64,000 bases of DNA, taken from Catajapyx aquilonaris. Taxonomy: Eukaryota. Location of the stretch: the NCBI GenBank assembly GCA_000934665.2, contig JYFJ02001380.1:1-64000 (forward strand), in the 5' to 3' direction. Both the position numbers and the translations under genes were made by a program. The notes under the pieces are model-generated. The model was not told where the DNA came from. It saw only the letters and a program-made list of their open reading frames with translations, and searched no databases. Positions 58,878-64,000 of the stretch are shown piece after piece (the first letter of the stretch is position 1; each line of letters starts with the position of its first letter).

Positions 58878-59922
58878 TCGTTATGTTATCGACCAATCAC
58901 CACGAAAGCCAGGCGTATCACAGTCGTATCGACTTGATGTACATCGAACAACAAAAAATCCCCAAACAAACTTAGTATTTACATTGTGATGTTTAATTGA
59001 AGAAATGGAAAATAACTGTCGAATATAATCGTTCTCCACGCAACTTTATTCAACGGGAATACGACCAATACAAGGATATGTTGTTGACAATCGTATCATA
59101 TCCCATTATGTTACTCGTTCATGTAATCAATGTTGCTTTAATAAACACTCGTTACATACTTATGGCAGAGTTTTAATGGATTGTAGATCTCAGTGCAGAT
59201 CAGTCAATCACCATGATGTTGGGACATAGAATTTTAATATTGCAAATCCTACCTACATGTGTCCATGAGCTGTTGACAGGTCCATTACTCTGCAAACCCA
59301 CATTCACACTTACAGCCATCCCTATCGCGTGATCTGACGACTATAGTGCGGAAATGTTCAATACTATTATGTCACTCACTTACTAGTCCTTCCAGTCTGT
59401 ATAATTTACATTTTTAAAATAATGCAAAAAAAAATTGGACTCGTCTCTCGTAGTGACGGTTGCAGGGTGTGTACACATGCTTGTATCATAATGATTTCAA
59501 CAATATGGGGAAGTAGGTGTCCCACAGTCATATTGTCTGTCATAATGTCATAATATGAATTATTGCTGTGCCTTGAAACGGTAAGACAATTATTCTGTTT
59601 TCCTCATTGTGATTTTACTTAATTAATATTATTCATAACACCTTTCCTCACGTGTCTTTATTCAATAAGTCAATAACATGTTACGCAACAAGCACTCAGG
59701 CTACGCATTGCTCTATTCCGGCATTGACAGACACTTACGCCTGGTAAATTTAGGAGATGTGGTGCGAAATCTAATGCAATATTTTTGACAAGTCGTGATG
59801 TAACGATGACAGCATGTGCGCAAAACTATCAAGAACCAAGTCGGCAGTCCGCACCTTGAGCTGTCTCACACTCGAATATACTTTGTGGTACTCTCACAGT
59901 CAGTACCTAGGAAGCTGTAAAC

Positions 59923-61846
59923 ATGTTCTGGAAATGTGCATTCCTTGCGCACTTACTTTTGTGGACTGTTTTTGCCGAAGTGACAGTGACTACAAAATGT
60001 AAGGATGAAAGTGAAGAGACACTCCTGGCACAAGTTGTGTCCAGGATGAGCCATGAGAACACTCGACTGGTCAACTGCACCTTGGCCATCCTGCACGATG
60101 GACGAGTACTGGACAATGGTCTGGAGAAACTAATCACTAGTGTGGACGTCCCAGTGGTGGTTGCTTCACTGGAGGAGAATCCGAAGAGTGTGGACGAGAG
60201 GGAATTGGTGATCCAGCAATCGGGGCAGTGCTTCTTGATTCTTGTTCATTGTAAAATAATACGAATATTTTCGTGATTTACTTGAACAATTATATTATTA
60301 AGTGAGAAAGTGGAAAATAACTCGTGATTATATCATTTTCCACATTAGTGACGGGTATCTTTATGAAACTTTAGGATGGGAATCTCCACAATACAAGTAC
60401 CGGGTGGGTGTGGACAATTTGAAGATGGTGAATGGCGATGTAACATTTCGATTGCTGTCAGCATGCTACTTCTGCCAGGAAGGAAAATACTCCGTCAAAG
60501 AATCACATAATGTCACTACATTTGAAGACTTGTTCACTGACACAACAATGGATTTTCGAGGGAGAGCCATGCACTTGTTTGATGTAGACTATTGGTTGAA
60601 CCGCTATTTAGAGAAATACCTGCATTACGTATGGGAATACGACGATGCTGCATATGAGGAGGACCTGTACGCTCACCGCGTAAGTGCAGCAATACTGGTT
60701 GGCCGTGACACTTACACCCACCCTCATGTAATGGAAACCATGATGATGGTGACCAAAAAAATCACACCAACCATGACTTGGACTGTGCTTCTCTTTCCCT
60801 TCAGTTGGCAGGTGACACTCTCTTTCATCGCAGTGATATTGGTAACCACCGCAGTGTTTTGCCATCTCTTGAAACCGGGCCAAAGCACTTCCACATACCA
60901 CTTCAATTTTGTCACCATACTTGCCTTTAAGGTATGCCCACCCCTTTTGTGCCAGTCCATCGAAATGAAAGACTTGAAACCTGCTGCGACCTGGATATTC
61001 TGCATGTATTCCTTCTTCTGTGTCCTGATGTCCAACTTCTTCACTTCAGACATGATAGGACTGTTAATGAAACGCCCTGCAAAAAATGTTGACACTCTGA
61101 CTGATCTTGTGGACATGGGCTACAAGTGGGGTGGAGAGAAGAGCGACGCATTTTACTTCGATCAATTTGTCAATGTCACTGAGATTGAAGTGGAAAAAGT
61201 AATCGCCAATGGGATCGAGTACATCAAAAGGGAAGCGGATTCCTACTCCATTGAAGAATGCCTTAGGAGAGCAATGGAGGAGAAGTTTGCTTGCTTTGTA
61301 AATGGAGGAGAGCTGGACTTTCATCTTCTATATGGAATCATTCTACGATCTCAAGGAAGATTGCTCCCTGATCAGCTTCATATGGTCCGAACTTCACTTC
61401 CCCTTAGGATGAGCGGAATATCTCCCCGAGTAAAGTACTCTGTCACATTAGAATCTCTGCAACGAGGTGTGATGAGATACATTGACTACGGAATTAGTCA
61501 TTACGACTACGATCTCAGGGACAAGCGGAACAAAGAACTCATGCATATGTATTATTTCAAAGAGTATAATGCTGCGTCTGTTGAGAATGATCCAATAGCC
61601 CTCGCCCTGAGTCACTTGCAGTCTCCATTTCACGCCCTGTGTTTTGGATTGTGCTTGTCATTGGCTTGTTTTCTCTGCGAAACTACAAATCTGCTGGGTT
61701 TCCTTTCAATTATCGCTAAACGACACGGCCATGCAACACGGCAGGTACGCAACAAAATAATAGTCCCCGTACCGAAAGACCCGAATAGAGTCAACTTGCA
61801 CTCTGAGCTAATCAATCCGGACACAAACCTGGTTTTCACACTGTGA
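59923..61846 (+). pseudogene. IR copy with a +4 frameshift (~60255) and an adjacent premature TAA (60299-60301)
   Basis: ORFs 59923..60276 and 60302..61846. The remainder is intact and ends NPDTNLVFTL. Confidence 0.87.
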
Positions 61847-63169
61847 GGTTTAATTATTGCTGCTTCGTCTATAATTATTCATAATTATACCGTATTGCTA
61901 GTTTCATCGGACAATAACATAAAGGCATAACGATTAAATACCATAGTTGGTTTAGCGATCATACATTTTGCCTAATTATTCCCCAATTGTTTAAAAATGC
62001 ACTCAATTCACACATGTGAATCTGCTGTCATATTTATTAGTGAAACATTTGGTATTCACTTAGTTGCGTACTAAATTCGTGGGTTTATGCGTGTATCATG
62101 TCGCATGGATATCGAGAAAACGTGCTGCTCTGACAGGTACAATGAGGTAATGCTCAATATGCGGGTTATGTACTTTAATAGGCAAGACGCCATATATGAC
62201 TGCATGTGCGCAATACTGTCACGAATAGATTCGGCAGTCCACACCTTGAACTTGCCTTGAACTATCTCATCAGATTGGGATACACTTTGTGGCACTCTCA
62301 GACTATCCCGTAAGGAAATCTGGGAGACGTCCTTCTATGACAATAAGTACAGTGATGTATGGCTCAATAATGTTATGTCACTCACGAGTCCCTATGGACT
62401 TAATAATAATTATATTCACCTTCTAGTTAAGTAATGTGACAAGTAGGACACCTCTCTTGAGGCCAAAGTTGTTTGATAATAATGATTTCGACTATATTTT
62501 AAGGTTCACTGTCAGCTTTTTCCTTTAACGAAAAGCACGAGTGATAGTAGTGAATGTCGTCAATCCAAGGTTGACAGGAAGAGCAGAATGAATAATGCCA
62601 GCCTTTGTCGTTTTTAGTGTTACACGCATTTGTTACAGTCTCCGGGTCATAATTTCAAAAATCTCCCACTTTTACACCATTTTATGAAGTCTCGTTAGTT
62701 CATAGCTTATAGTAGACCTTCTGACACCAAATAAATAAATAGTAATCGTCTATCCACCTTGGGTCATGTATGTACAATTTTAGTCGGCATGAAATAATGT
62801 CACTCACCTTTCACACGCAGATCTTCAATAATTCAGTACAATTTCAATCATTAAAAACGACTGTGCGCAAAAGCTCAGTAATATATGGTTCATTGAGGAA
62901 ATGGAAAATAACTGGTGACTATAGGAGTATATGGCTGTATCGTTTCCCACACAACTTTATACAAATGGGAATCCGCCCTATACATGAAATGATTTGGTGT
63001 TGACATTTTTTGGTTCCTGTCAGTGTCCTACATTCTTCCGGAAAAGAAATTGGATCTATTGTTTCGAAAACCACATAAGTCCAGAGGAGCGTACCATATT
63101 GATTTTACTCTTTTTTGCCACAAATACAGGGCCATTACAGGTCGGCAGATTGGCACACATTATCGATAC

Positions 63170-63346
63170 AATCCTCCTGGAGTTGAATGCACAAGGGTCA
63201 TGGGTGTGGCAACCTCTCTAGGCTCTCCAGAGCCACGCACCCACTCCCGGTCAACTGCTCGCAGTTGTCCTCCAAAAGGTGGTTCCTGGAGGGCCTAGAG
63301 AGGTTGCCACACCCATGAACCCGGTGTATTCAACACCAGGTGCATT
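63170..63346. mobile_element. Hairpin MITE in the promoter of the last IR copy
   Basis: cctggagttgaatgcacaagggtcatgggtgtggcaacctctctaggctctccag is inverted at ctggagggcctagagaggttgccacacccatgaacccggtgtattcaacaccagg. TSD not resolved. Confidence 0.75.
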
Positions 63347-63519
63347 ATGTCAATAATGTGTCCACATGGCGAAATCCTATCAAATATTCTTGACGAGTCG
63401 TGATGTAGCAATGACAGCTTCATGGAAATACTCTCACGAACCAAGTGGGCAGTCCACACCTTCAGTTGTCTTATATTGGGACACATTTTGTGGCACTCCC
63501 AGTCCATGAAGCTACAAAC

Positions 63520-64000
63520 ATGTGCTGGCAAGATGTATTCATTTTCCCCTTACTTTTGTGGACAGTTTTTGCCGAAATGACAGTGACTACAAAATGTCAG
63601 GATGAAACTGAAGAGGCCCTTTTGGCAAAAGTGGTGTCCAGGATGAGGAAGGAGAACACTCGACTGGTCAACTGCACCTTGGCCATCCTGCACGATGGAC
63701 GAGTACTGGACAATGGTCTGGAGAAACTAATCACTAGTGTGGACGTCCCAGTGGTGGTTGCTTCACTGGAGGAGAATCCGAAGAGTGTGAACGAGAGTGA
63801 ATTGGTGATCCAGCAATCGGGGCAGTGCTTCTTGATTCTAGTCCACTCCAAATTTAATTTGCTTGATCTGTTACTCGGTAAATTTTCTAATGGCCTGAGA
63901 TATTGGAAAATCACTCGTGACTTGATTGTGTTCCACGTACGTGATGGGAATCTTCATGAAACATTAGGATGGGAATCTGCAATATACAAGTACAGAGTGG
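63520..64000 (+). CDS. Divergent IR, 5' part, runs off the window
   Basis: Read by hand: MCWQDVFIFPLLLWTVFAEMTVTTKCQDETEEALLAKVVSRMRKENTRLVNC..., open to the window edge and preceded by the promoter module. Confidence 0.8.
   Translation, partial: MCWQDVFIFPLLLWTVFAEMTVTTKCQDETEEALLAKVVSRMRKENTRLVNCTLAILHDGRVLDNGLEKLITSVDVPVVVASLEENPKSVNESELVIQQSGQCFLILVHSKFNLLDLLLGKFSNGLRYWKITRDLIVFHVRDGNLHETLGWESAIYKYRV

Noticed and set aside
16221..61846. Programmed frameshifting or readthrough rescuing the disrupted IRs
   Set aside because: Lesions are at different positions, lack slippery heptamers and are often multiple per gene.
12804..63914. Recurrent antisense ORFs (MISFSRPLSSTRPSCRM..., MSTRS..ESTFL...)
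   Set aside because: Shadows of the homogenised sense-strand blocks. Starts, ends and lengths vary between copies and there is no independent coding evidence.
12898..64000. Somatic V(D)J-like or Dscam-like rearrangement system
   Set aside because: Each copy is a self-contained ORF. No recombination signal sequences, recombinase or shared constant exon are seen, and the mosaicism is explicable by germline exchange.

Overview
Eukaryotic, probably arthropod-type invertebrate, genomic DNA: AT-rich, with short GT-AG introns and TCAGT initiator-like motifs. Bases 1.4-12.1 kb hold an 11-coding-exon, single-domain receptor-type protein tyrosine phosphatase (about 998 aa). Its WPD-loop Asp is replaced by Ile, and its introns contain minisatellites and two hairpin MITEs. 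From 12.9 kb to the window end lies a same-strand tandem array of intronless, highly divergent ionotropic-receptor (IR/iGluR-like) genes: 9 full-length ORFs, 6 disrupted copies, several remnants and one copy cut by the window edge. The array is interrupted by an intronless MATH-BTB (SPOP-like) gene and one distantly related minus-strand IR with a frameshift. The most striking signal is that array members are mosaics. A GC-rich block of about 200 nt in the N-terminal domain and a block of about 150 nt over pore/M3 are near-identical at nucleotide level across otherwise divergent paralogues, including pseudogenes. Promoter/signal-peptide, S1 and S2/tail modules switch partners at these blocks, which suggests gene-conversion or crossover-driven combinatorial shuffling of the ligand-binding lobes. 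Other signals are a shared dyad-symmetric promoter module, a shortened S1 lobe, a conserved but repeatedly lost C-terminal motif, a foldback transposon, two related SINEs and TA-centred excision-like footprints. All alignments were done by eye and no database search was possible.
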